DNA of 64,000 bases from Trichoplax sp. H2 (Eukaryota): NCBI GenBank assembly GCA_003344405.1, contig NOWV01000020.1:372001-436000 (forward strand), given 5' to 3'. The position numbers and the translations under genes were made by a program. Shown here piece by piece: positions 25,865 through 38,900 of the stretch. Position 1 is the first letter of the stretch, and each line of letters opens with the position of its first letter. A model generated the notes under the pieces. It searched no databases. It worked only from the letters and a program-made list of their open reading frames with translations, and had not been told where the DNA came from.

Positions 25865-28597
25865 CACTTGGTATACATTCGCTATCAGCACTCATATTTA
25901 ACCTCGTTGTACGAGTTATCCTTAATTAAAGCGTTATAAGATTAATATTGCTAGTGTATTTTGATAAATTAAAATTAGTGCATCATGCAAAATTGTTATA
26001 GACCAGATTAGATAGATGCATTTTCCCTAGATGCTAAAGAATGATTCATGACTACAACCAGCATGCTTAATAGGCTTAATCTCTATCTAGCTGTGTATCC
26101 GATAAATCAATCTGTTGATGATTAAGATTATTTCTTGTCCAGGTTGGAATCGTTCCTATTATTCGTAAGAATATGCCAAATTAATTGATCAGATCAACTG
26201 TGGCCATGCATAAGTTTATTCTCTATTTAATCTTGACATAAGGTAAATTAATTGTTCACCTAGGATAAAGCCAAATGGACTCTTCATCTCCGTTATTAAC
26301 AAGCCGATTCAATTAAAATCTTCTCAAGTTAAATGATAATTATATCATAATGAGGATAAGTAATAATTTTTAATGTATGCAGTAGTATCTGTTGATAATA
26401 CCGGTGTTTCTAAATTTGTTCATTAAATATAACTTATTTTCCCAATTAAATTGTCGATCCTATGAATGTGAGTATTATTCCATTCTTGTCTATACTAAAT
26501 ACATACTTATACGCGTATGAAGCTATTTTCAAGTTATTATAATTGAATAAATAAAGATGAATCGATGATGAAGACTTTGTTCTCATTTTTTTGCGGAAAA
26601 GCTTAATAATTCAACACTTCCATCTACATTTACAGCTAATATCATGAATGACAACACGAAAATACTATTATCAGTGGCGATTGTAAGGATCAAGCTTATG
26701 TTGCCAGGCGATAATGAAAAGTTTGTATACACATACACATTAACTTTTTAGTCTACTAGTACCGTACCTGTTCTATAAACGGGGAAAATACGCAAATACA
26801 TATATACGATTTATTTTTGTACCTTGATAATTATAAGACATTTAAAACGTTCTTTCGTTTTATTTAAGTACCGAGTCAATCATATACTACTATCACCACG
26901 GCCTTTTGCCTAACGTATTTAAACCTTTAAATCTGTGGTTAAAAGTGATATAGCTGCTGTCTGCACTCTTGCATTTCGAAAATAAAAGGAATTAGTAAAA
27001 AGTTTACATTATTATAGTTATAAGCTAAGTTTACACTTAATTACTGCATATTTGCCATATTCATAATACTAAATGTCAACATCTTTATGTGTTGGTTATA
27101 CTTTATCGAGATATTCTTGAAATAACGGTAAATAACGAACTGGATAAATTATAAAAATTGTATGCCCTGACAGTAACTCTTTCATTCTAGCATGCATTCA
27201 CAAGTACAAGATAATAAAATTATGGTAGTTATGTATTAAAGATTTTCCTCGTTCATCAAGTAAAACGTGTACGGTATTTTGCATACTTTCATAATATTAT
27301 CAGTCGTAATTTATGTTTAGGTAAGAACATTATACTGTAGATTAGCTGCTTTTCTATATAAAATTGCGTTCATCATTTCAGGTAGGAGAGATGTGTATTT
27401 GCCATTGGCTCCTGATGCTTCAGTTTTTTGAGCTGTACTCTAAGTAAATGTTGAAGAGGACAACCTGATAGCCCGATAGTGTATACTGTAGCTAATTGCC
27501 ACAAACTTAGGTCTATAGTATGGCTGCTAAATCTAAATCTATAGATTCATTAAACCCCCATTGCCATAGCAGTATATACTGTATAGTATTTCGTAATATC
27601 TTGTTCATTACAGTCATGTAGTGATATAAGCTATATGCATAAGTGCTACGAACTTAACTTAAGAGCTTCAATATACTTCTAGAAATGAGCCGAACTACAC
27701 TACAAAAATTTATATTAGGAATTTATTTATCAACCATCATTAATGTGAACAAGCTAATAGGTAATTACTGTGTTTTACTACTACAATTAAAATTATAATT
27801 AATTATCATTGGGACTAGCCTAATACTGGGATATTAATTAAGTGTAATTAAGTATCAGCAGTAGATTAAGAATGCAGTACAGTAATGGCTCAAAAGTAGG
27901 CTGTGGGGTGGTTTATATCAATTATAACCACATATGATGCAAAGTTTTGGCTTCATGAATTGATATAGTAATCATTTTAAACGTTATATAGGAGTTTACG
28001 TAATAATAACTCAAGAATGAGCTATTAGCTTAAGAGGAGAATTAGACAATCCAAGAATTTATGAATAGTTATACTCCAGGCTTTGTTATAAGTGAAGTTT
28101 CTTCGAACTTATTCTGTTGCCAGTAGATAGATTATGCCGTAACTTATGAATAGCTTTACACTCAGATAGGACGAGTAGATGATTGCGATTAGTTAACGCT
28201 TGCAATCTACTGCTTGATCGTATGATCCGTTTGAAGAATTTGCTTAATGATAGCCTAGTAATGAAAGAAACGACTTTAAGCTAATAATAAAAGCGTTCAG
28301 ACTACCTATACTAGAAGTCCTAAAATCATGTTCTGCTTCACAGTATAACGAAAAGTCTCCCTGTAATGATGATTACATTGGTAAGGCTCTATAAATATAG
28401 CTAATCTATTTTTTCTGACATGAAGATGTAATACCATGATTTAATATAGCTCATAGGCATACATCTATCATGGTATTTCCATTTCAATAGTATCTTCTAT
28501 CCAGCTAGGCATTCATTGCTCTATCTAATGGAGTTTTAGCATGGTTAGTTGTTTTTGCATGTCGGGAATCATGATTGCTGTATCGTCAAGTTTAATC

Positions 28598-28858
28598 AAG
28601 CTTGCTGTTATTGTGATCTACTGTAGTAGGATGATTTATTACAGCATCAAAATAAGAAGTTCACGCTATGAGGTCTACTCTTATTAGGCCGATTTGATGT
28701 TGTCTAGGCTTCAAAATAACATTAACAATATGCCATTTGGATATAAAGCTTGCTATTATAATAATGTGATAAGGAGATGATTTATTATAGCATTAAAATA
28801 AGAAGAAATTTATACCATGAGGTCTATTTTTATTCCGAAGACTTAAATGTTGTTTATC
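28598..28858. repeat. About 150 bp tandem duplication
   Basis: aagcttgct.ttat...gatgatttatta.agcat.aaaataagaag....catgaggtcta at about 28598 and 28747. Confidence 0.8.
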
Positions 28859-31175
28859 TTGTCGCTGTTTCGAGAGTAACGTAGATATTATATATTTAAA
28901 AAATGATGAATCATATAACTACGTTATTAATAGATTTTAGATTTATTCAGCGACTTATTGAATGTAAATTCCAATGAAATTACCTCTTGCCAGCAGGCAA
29001 CATTCATGTGGTTTATGGATATTTGTCGGGACCAAGATACATCAATAACTTATATCGTTCTTTATTAAAGAAATACTAAAATTACGCATAATTGCATGAT
29101 TTTGGCTGTTTTTCTATCTGTAAAGATGATATTTTATGTAAAAAGATGTAATTATCTGACTGTATTATGGCATAAATTTAAATAAATGAGTATATGCCCA
29201 ATTAGAATATAGGGTTATAACGGAACAGTATAAAAAAGATCGACACGATTTTTGCTCTGCTCAATAATACTTGCAAGGAACAAATTGTCCAGTCTTTGAT
29301 CGGACAACGAGTAAGAAGTAATTCCAAAATTATCGGCGCTTACTTTTGTAAATTATTTGTATCTTGTCTTAGGCTACAAATAGTAAAATTGTATTATTTA
29401 TATCTTTACTTTGTATTCAATTCCTACGGATATTTTAAGAATCGCTGCCTTACTCACTCATTAAAAAATAACGACGTGATGGAATGAGAACTTTACATCG
29501 TAATTAACAGAAATATGACAAGGATCCACTTCTGAATCTCTTAAGCTCATGCAAAACCTATTATGCTAGTATAAGTTATTGGTAGAATACTCGCTTTCTA
29601 TTTTCCATGCCATTATAATTATCTGTTCTAACTAATCAGAGATTAATATTCGTAAAGTAAAGAATGGTTATTGCTAAAACTACTAGATGAATAATATACA
29701 AGAACAAGGCCCAAATTTATATGGGCAATATTCAAGAACCAGATCCTACTTTACAGTTTGAGACACTGTCAGTTTTTGACTGCATTATTTGTACCATAGA
29801 TAGATAGTGTTGCTGATTCTGGCCCATGAATCATTAAATTGTGCTACTGTAAGTGCTATGCAAATATTAGATCGAATTTTAATACAAATTGTTTTAATTC
29901 CAGAGTTATAATCACCTTGATAGTAATCTGACTTAATAGTATTGTAGATATGGCTTACGGTACATAATATGAAGCTTGCCGATGGAATCTTATAAGACTA
30001 TAATAGAATTTACTGCTGTAGAGTAACTTTAAATTAGCAATATTATCCTTAGAAATATGTGCTAACTATATTTTTTGATGATAAATAGATTATTAATTCG
30101 TTGGGTTATAATAAAAATAACACGCTAAGAAGATTACATAAGGTTATAAACTGTTTTTTGCCTTCAAAATTTGATTTGCATTACTTTTACATAAAATTGA
30201 AATAATTTAGGGGAATAGGTGCGGTACTGTGCTACATCTGATAATTTTCGCAAGTATCAAGCTTGCTCCTACCAATCATTTTTCTCTTATTTATGAATAA
30301 TTCCGTCGCTGATCATGTTAAAAATAAAAGGATATTATAATAAGGATTTTATTGATATATTAGGTAGAACAAGTGAATATAAAAATAACACATTTACAGC
30401 TTGCACATATTACAAGTGGTAAGTTAATGAAATATAGTTTTTAATTACCAATAGACAGTGCATTTAAGTTTATCTGTTAATAATTCGTATACCGATTAGC
30501 ATAATTATATTTATGCATTTATACATATAAATATATTTATAGCGTTAATCCAATAATGCATCAGGATTATGCTACAAAATAAATTTTTTAAAAAGTTACA
30601 GCATTTTGTGATACAAACAAAGTAAAAAGGGAATTGATAGTAAAAATTAATAAATTGATTACATTTACCATTATTTTCCTTCGTTAGAAATATAATTTCA
30701 ATCTCTTGCTATCTGCCTTAAAAATATATTTTAGAAGAAATTATAAACTTTTTTGCTACCATTAATTTCACTTTGAAGCCAAAAAATATAATGTGAATGT
30801 TGACAGTAAGATCAAAAGGAGTATGCTGAGGTACTACAATAGCAATTTAGATAAATTACTGCTCATAGACATCTCTTTATTTTGGCCGTAGTTAATACAA
30901 TCGGTAGGCAATCGATTTGGATATGGAAATGTACATCATTGCATAAAATTATAAAACTACGATCTTTTAGCGATATTAACTGGAAAGTTTCTGTACAATG
31001 TTTAAGAACGTTAATCCCTTTAAATTACTACCGTAATAAATGGCATCATTATAGCTAAGATCATGGATACATTAATACAAGTTAATTATGTTATAGGAAT
31101 ACCTAACTAGCAATGTACATCAGGTAGAAAGAGTTTTAGACAACATGGGTTCAATCGTAGAATTAATTTTCAGTA

Positions 31176-32980
31176 TTATAAGCAACGGCGATTGACTATA
31201 GATGGCCCAAATTCTTCATATTCAGCACTAGTTATACACATGCGGCAAAACTTTGGCGAGCTTGCTAATATTGCACCTCCTCGCCATATTGTATTAATCC
31301 TACTACATGGGCTATGTATCCTGATTTTACCACACATTGAAGGTGTTTCAAATTCAATTTCTTCTTTCAGACGCTCTGGTAATCCCTTAAATTGGCTATT
31401 ACCACCGGCTAAGACAACATTTTGCATCAATTCTTTCCTAATATCAACATCACATGATGTAATACAACTGGAAATGCTCTTATGGATGCCGGCCAAATCG
31501 AGCCCGACCATAGCTGGACTAAATAAAACTTCTGGACAGCGAAAGCGTTCATTACCAATCTTAATCACCTGGCCATCAGGCAATGTATAAGAAGTTTCGA
31601 CAGATTCTTCGTCAACGGATAAGGTGTCATAATCTAATGTTACAAAGCATAAGTTTTCCTTGATTTCGCGGACTGTTTCCATATCAGCATCCGTTGTGAA
31701 CGAACTTCCCCTATCATTTAATGCCCTTGCCAAAAATTGCGTTAAGTCTTGACCGGCTAAATTTAATCTTTGCACTGCATAATCTAGGACACAGCCTTCA
31801 TAGATTGGAACCGAATAGCTCACACCATCGCCACTATCAAAGACCAATCCTAAAAAAATCGAGTTATTAATGGGTGAGTAAATGTTAGAATGTGAAATCG
31901 TCAAGAGTACAAAAATCTATAAATATTGCAAGATATGCTCCCTAGCTAATAAAGCACATAATAAATATTGTGATGCTATGACAAAGTAGGTGCTTAACGA
32001 AGATTCTGGCTTATAATCAAGAAATCTATTGCAGCTAGTGTGTGCTAGCCAAATAATTGATACTAAGGAATGTAGCTTATAGATATATGCAATATAAATT
32101 CTAGACCGATTCCACTAACCTGTTGTCCTTCCACTCTCATATAATGATAATAGCGCTTCAGTTGCAACATAGAGATAGGGCACATTAAAATTTTCAAACA
32201 TGATCTGAGTTATGGTTTCACGGTTTTTCTTAGGGTTCATTGGTGCCTCAGTGATGAGCACTGGATGTTCATTAGCTTCTAATCTTAATTGGTCTTCAAA
32301 CATATGCTGCCATAACTAAAATAAAAGGTAGCTGTTACTGTGTGCCTCTACATATTTATACAAGTAATTAGTCCATAAAGTTAAAATATTAGGCAAGTAA
32401 CTTGGGTTGATTGCATTTATACAAGTCTACTGATATCGTCGACGGTAAATAAAAGTACTTACTAATTCCATATCATCCCAGTCTTTGACAACGCCATGCT
32501 CCACGGGATGACTTAATGTAAGTACATCCCGTTTTTCTTGAGCAGCATCTCCATAATATAACGCACCACCATCATTTGTCAATTGCTATAATTTTTAATG
32601 AAACAATTTTTATCAATATTGATTACTGATAATTAGCACAGCTGATGCAGGAGAATACCATAACTATGGTAACAAAAACGTTTAGTATCATGATTTTAAG
32701 GTCATATTGCGATTCTACCTGCTATTCATTTCAATAATATCGATCGCATACCAATACTAGCTATTTTTTCTCTAATACTTAGCTATTTTTCTTTTTCGAT
32801 TATCATTGTTAAATTTATAATACATGGACAAAACGCCAAATGTATTTATTATACCTTGTATTGAGGCCGGCCAACTATAGAAGGAAAAATTACGCTGGGA
32901 TTACTTTCGGTTGCCAAACCAGCTTTTATACTGCTTGAACCATTATCAATAACTATAGGTGTTTTAAAATCATCAAATGT
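31176..32980 (-). CDS. Actin-like (actin-related) domain, 4 exons, about 372 aa, no Met at the start of its first exon
   Basis: Full-length actin fold from [15 protein letters not shown] to [12 protein letters not shown]. The first exon begins directly at a ttag acceptor (32981-32982). Confidence 0.95.
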
Positions 32981-35900
32981 CTAAGATGTAAAAAGATTTG
33001 TATTAAAATTAATTTATGTTTGGGAGAGTAAGGATTCGTGATTTTACCATTTATTCTTGTGGCGAAATTTATATTCACTTACTTCTGAACTTGGAGACTG
33101 AAGAGGTGAGCATTTAACGTGGTCGTCTAAATCCAAACTAAGTTTAGATCTGTTACTAGCTTCATCAGACGTTTCGACAACGGTCTCGCTTATAGGCTGA
33201 TCATCTGTTTTAGTAGTGTCTTGATTAGCTGAGGATAGGTTTTCAAGAGTTTCGGCCGTCGTAGATTTAGCAGCCCTTTCGTCTGCAGTTATTGTTTCGT
33301 TGTCGTTGCTTTTAGCTAATTTTGCGGATTCCTGGCTTGTTCTATCATTCACATCTTCTATTGTTGCTGTTTCAGATTGGGCTTGTGAATTATTTGATCC
33401 TTCACTGCTACTACTTCTTGATTTGCTATTTTCTGATGCACTCTCAGGTTTGATATTATTATCTGAGTAGAAGGGTTTATGTCCGTTATCTTCGCTAGAA
33501 GATTCATTACCGGATGCTGTTCCGCTTAAACTTCGCTGCGATGCCGATGATGCTGCTCCGTCTGATGCATCGGTATCCGTGCCAGTTTGTACTTTTTGAT
33601 CTACTTCATGAGCATTTTTTGTTGCTGTTTCCATCACTAACTCCTCTGAGCCATTGGTAGCTCTTTTAATGTCTGTTTCCATTTCGTTTTGCGCCGGATC
33701 AGCAGAAACAGATTCCTTACTATTATTGACTACTTCCTTAGATTCGCTAGTAGTAGTTGTATTTTGTTGCGAGTCTGCTACCTTTATGACCGCGTTATCA
33801 TTTTTAGAATTATTCATTACGGTATTTTGATCCTCGTATTCGGAAGATATATTTTCTGGGTTGAAAGTAACTTGATCTGAGATTGATTTCGATTCGGCCT
33901 CGACAGTATCTGATTTTTTAATCGTTATAACTTCCTTATTTACATTTTCAGCATGGAGTGTACGACTATTATCTGTTTTGTCAGTGCTACTATCTTGTAA
34001 GGCTGCATTATCGGTAGATATTTCTTCATTGGACGCTTGGTTCTCTTTTAATTTATCGGAGGACGATTCCACTTCGGCATTAGTATCGCTTTGAGGAGTC
34101 GATTCCGCATTAGCAACGGATTCAATTGCATTTATCTGTGTATTATTTACTGATTCTTGTTGATGACTTGACGGATCAGTTGCATTCTCCCCTTGGCCAG
34201 AATCACCGATATTCTCTTGTTCATCCATGGCCATAAGTCTATTTTCTAATTCTTGTGATAATAAAGCAGCTGCTTCTTCTGATTCATCAACTGCTGACCG
34301 CCTACTTCTTCCTTTAGGTTTGTTGGCTTTAGGAATTTCAATAATTTCTTGATCTGAAGACTCGTCAGCAGGTTCTATATCATTAGACTGTATAGCATCA
34401 TCCGTTACTTCTGTACTTGCTTGAGCTAAAGAATTAATTTCAACGGTGTTATTACTACTGCTCTCCTCTGCAACAGATTGCGATTCACCTTCCTTTCCAG
34501 TAAGATGTTGTTCAGATTGATCTTTATTTTCATGATCAGATTGCTTTGCGGTTTCGGGTGTAGAATTATGGACGTCAATACTTGGAGAGTCTAATTGCTG
34601 ATCCGCTACCTCTACGGGAGTACTTTTCGATAACGATGAATTACTACTTTCATTTTCATTTGCTATTTGTTTATCAGTTAAGCTTAACGTTTCACCGGTT
34701 ATATTCTGCTGTACTTCTGTTATATGAATCTCATTTAAACTACTACTTGCTATATTATCAACCGTTGCGTTTTCAGCGTTTTCATCAACTTGATAGTTTT
34801 CTTTCACGTTTCTTTTGACTTCTGCTGTTGTTTCTTGTATATTAGAAACAGGCAAAGAGGTGTTGATATTTTCAATTGAGATATCAGTATTACCATCATT
34901 TTGTGTATTAGAATTTGGAAGAAGAGCTACAGCTGATAATTCTATGCTACCAGTGGAGGAAACAGATTCCTTAGTATTTCCTGACTGATCATTTATTTGC
35001 ATTAATTGACCTTGGACAAGGTCTTGATTACTTTTAGCTTGATTGGAAGTAAGTTCTGTAGTTGATTTGATATCAGTGCTAATGCCACCTTCATGACTGC
35101 TTTCATTGGATTTAGATGAGAGTATTCCAGCTTGCTGGAGTTGGTCTGATCTCAGTTGTTCAGCTGATATATTCCTTGGATGCCAATTTGTAGACGGTAT
35201 TGCTGTTGTATTTAAACCAGGGTGTTGTGAAGAGTTGGGCATCATTAATGGGTATCCTGAATATTGCATTTGTCCTGGAAAGTACTGTGGAAATGCAGGA
35301 TTGATATACATGGGATTTTGCCCAGGTGACGGGTAAAAGTTAGCTGGAGGCATCCCTGGCATATAGGTGACATAATTTGGATGTTGTCCGATCACATTCA
35401 CTGGCGAAGTGTAAGCAGGATAGCCTCCACCATAGCCTAAAAATTCTGGACTATTAAAATGATGGGGATACATCGCCCGATATTGGGCATTTGGTATCAT
35501 TCCTTGCTCAGCAAAATTGGAGTACATCATATTTTGTGGACTGAATTGAGTGAAAATCTCTTGTCCGGCAATGGCACGTCCTACCGGGGATGATAAATTA
35601 CTACTGGCAGTTGGAGATACATGTTGTTGTAAATCAAACATCTGAGCATTGGCTCCCATACTTGGGCTTGATATATTGGAAGAAATTGTCGAAAAGGAAC
35701 TTGTTGTAGCGTGTGTACTATTTATTGTTGAGTCATTTGTGGCAACTGCGGTAGTTAAGGAAGCATTTTGAACTACGTGGACTGTCGAAGTAAGTTCTTC
35801 AGGTGTAATTATTTGGCTACTGACTGTAGCACAAACTGCATTGATTGTAGTAGCTGTAGTGGTGACAATTTCATTTTCAACTATCTGTATTGATATTTCT

Positions 35901-38900
35901 TCAGTGTTTTTTTGTTCTGACGGTTTGGCAATGTCATGACTAGTAGTATCGGCTTCTTGATTATCAACATGATCTTTGTTGACATGGTGGTCATCATTGG
36001 CAGCTCTGCTAATCTCTACCTGAGGTATTTCGATCGATTTATCTTGAATATTCTCTGAAGAAGTATTACCATCTTTTGGGGGATTCGAATTCTTACTAGA
36101 AGTTGCAACAGCTTTATCTTTTACTGGCTCTTCCATCGGAACATTGTTAAAATTGTTGTTTGGGTTAGCATCAATTTTACGAAGATTAGCTTCGAAATAT
36201 AGCCTTTCGTCGGAGGTATCTAGTTGACTAGTTGGTTGATGGCTTACATTATCTCTTGATCGATTCATTCTGTCATCAAGAGTACCTGAATAGGCATGAT
36301 CTGGACTTAATGGACGATTATAACGTGTCTGAGTTGATCCTTGGTATGGGTACTGAGTATTTTCAGTATAGCTGCTATGGCTGTCATGCTTTGGCATTTT
36401 AACAATTGGCTTTCGAACAGCTAGTTGGCTAGTTCTATCACTAACGACACTTTTTAGCTCCGCAATATGGTCAGGATTGACCTTAACGTTAGAAAATTTA
36501 CCATAGCGTGAAGCAATGGCTAAATCTGTCGGTGTGGCTTTGAATTGGGATGATGATGCTAGTTGCAGAGATGCAGTTGCAGAAGAAGCTAATCCCATTT
36601 TATCCCTTGTAACATTATTTGTCCTTTGCTGGGTAGATGGAGGTGATGATTGAGAAGTTGTCCTAATTATAACACCTTTAGATGGTTGCTGATGTAACTG
36701 TGTTTGCACGTTAGATGTGCTTTGATTTCTTGGTGGGGATGCTCGCTGAGGAACGGATTTTTGATTCGTTGATGGCGGAGATCTATCTTGAGAAACAGGA
36801 ATGGTGCGAGATTCGTGTACAGCATTTTTTAATATTTCCGTTTCCCGAAAAACTAATGCTCTTTCCTGCATAAGTCTTTTCTCTCGTTGTTGCTTTAATT
36901 GCTCTCGTTTTTGATATAGTTCAGATTCAAGCTTTCGCCGTAATTCATAACATAATTTCTGTTGGTTATTATGTTGTAACTGCTTAAGATTTTGAGGATC
37001 AGCTTGATGTTGTAATGTTTTCAGTCGATTATTTTGTTCTCTCATAATTTGCTGTTCTGTTACTTTAGCCATGCTACGATTCATAATTGATCCATTATAT
37101 CGTGGTGGTATTCCTCCCATAATTGGTAAGGAAGCTGTAGATGATGCATGCCTCAATGACAGTCCAGTATATGGTAATTGTTGATAAATAAGACGATTTG
37201 ATTGCATGCTGCTAGTATCAAATTTACTCATTTTATCCACATTTCCAAATCGGACTGAACTGTATGAAGGAGAATGACGTTGTAATAAATCCGGAGTACT
37301 TACATACTCGAGGTTTTTCTTCGGTGGTGAATGGCCAACGATCCGCTGTCGAAATCGTTGAGATGATTGACGTAAATTGTTATAAATTTTTAGTCCCTTG
37401 CCGCTACTTCTATGCTTACGAATATTTGAATCACTGGCAGTCAACTTTTTACCTTGTTTAAGTTTATTATGATGCTTTCGCTTATGACCGTGATTGCTCA
37501 TATCTGCCGGAGGGGATATCGCTTGATCATTGTCTTTGTCATCGAAGTCATCAAATATGTCGATAATACCTTTTTGCTTCATTTTCTCGCGTACTTCTGA
37601 CGGAAGTTCAATGGTTGGACTTAAACTTTGTGATTCATCATCAGATTGAGCTGAATTCGACATAAATTTAGGTCTTTTCGTTTCTTGTGGAGAACGATGG
37701 TTTGATGATGAAGAACTATGCTGCTTACTACTAACTTGTGATAAAGGTGATCCTGCCTGGGATATTTTCTGATCTCTTAAAGATCTGATGGACTTTGAAC
37801 TACTAACAGTCGGAGTTGGTGATCCTTTCAAGTTTGAATTAGCCGTTGTTGAATTTGGGCCATTCTTAATTCTGCCAATTGGTAAAGGTCGATATACCAT
37901 CTGATCATTAACATTTTGCCATCCCCATTCTTCCGCTGCTTTTGGCGATATAACATCAATTGATGAATTTGTGGTAGTATTATCTTGCGCTGATGGGTTA
38001 AGTAGTTGTTCAGTGTCAATCCGATAATCTTTAATGGTATTCAAGGCAGAATTAATAGCCTTCAATTCAGATATAGGATTATCATCATGATTAGCTACAA
38101 ATAAGGTAGAAAACTCATCTTCACTGCTATGTCGATCTGGTAATTTGAACTCGTCTTTGGTGGAGGAATAATAACGTTTTTTATCCATCAAATCTGCTAT
38201 ATTGTGATCAAACCATGACACATTGGATTTATTATTGGGGGATCTAGTTGATTTTCTATTATAAACTTTACTAGCCAAAGGATTGCCATTTTCGCGATCC
38301 TTACGCAAGCGAGATAATCGATGCTGTAATTGTTTAATTTGTTCATCTTGTAAGTGTTGTTTTTGATCTTCTACCTCATGACGTTGTCTGATATATTTAA
38401 GCATTAAATCGTCAGTGTCTGCTGATTCAGTAATATCTGCTTTAGGTATGACATTATCGATAGTAGAGACATGATTAATGACATTATGTTGTGATCTCAT
38501 AATAGAATTTTCATTTGCATCATTAGATTGCCTAAGTGGTGATGAGCTTGCAGGTGGTATTTTTTGGCGATCACCAGAATTTGGGATAGAGCGTTGATTT
38601 AGATTAGAATTACCCGTAAACCGCTGTCTATCAGAATGCTGTTGGTTGAAATGTTGTTCATGATCTTCAGTAAATGATGGATATTCTGTAATATTATCAA
38701 CAGCGTCATGATATTGATTATTGTGATTGAATTGATTAGGTTGATTATAGATTGGAGGAGGAGAAGGAGAATTGTAATCTATACCATTTTGCAAAATTGG
38801 GTAATGATTATCTAATTGAGAAGGGCTTGATTGTGTCGAATCAAATATATTAGACATAGAGTCTTCTGGATTAATATCGCTGGTTGGACTATACATACGA

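Noticed and set aside
31850..31904. ORF-track start MTISHSNIY for a 242-aa actin
   Set aside because: Intronic read-through upstream of the ttttag acceptor at 31850-31851.
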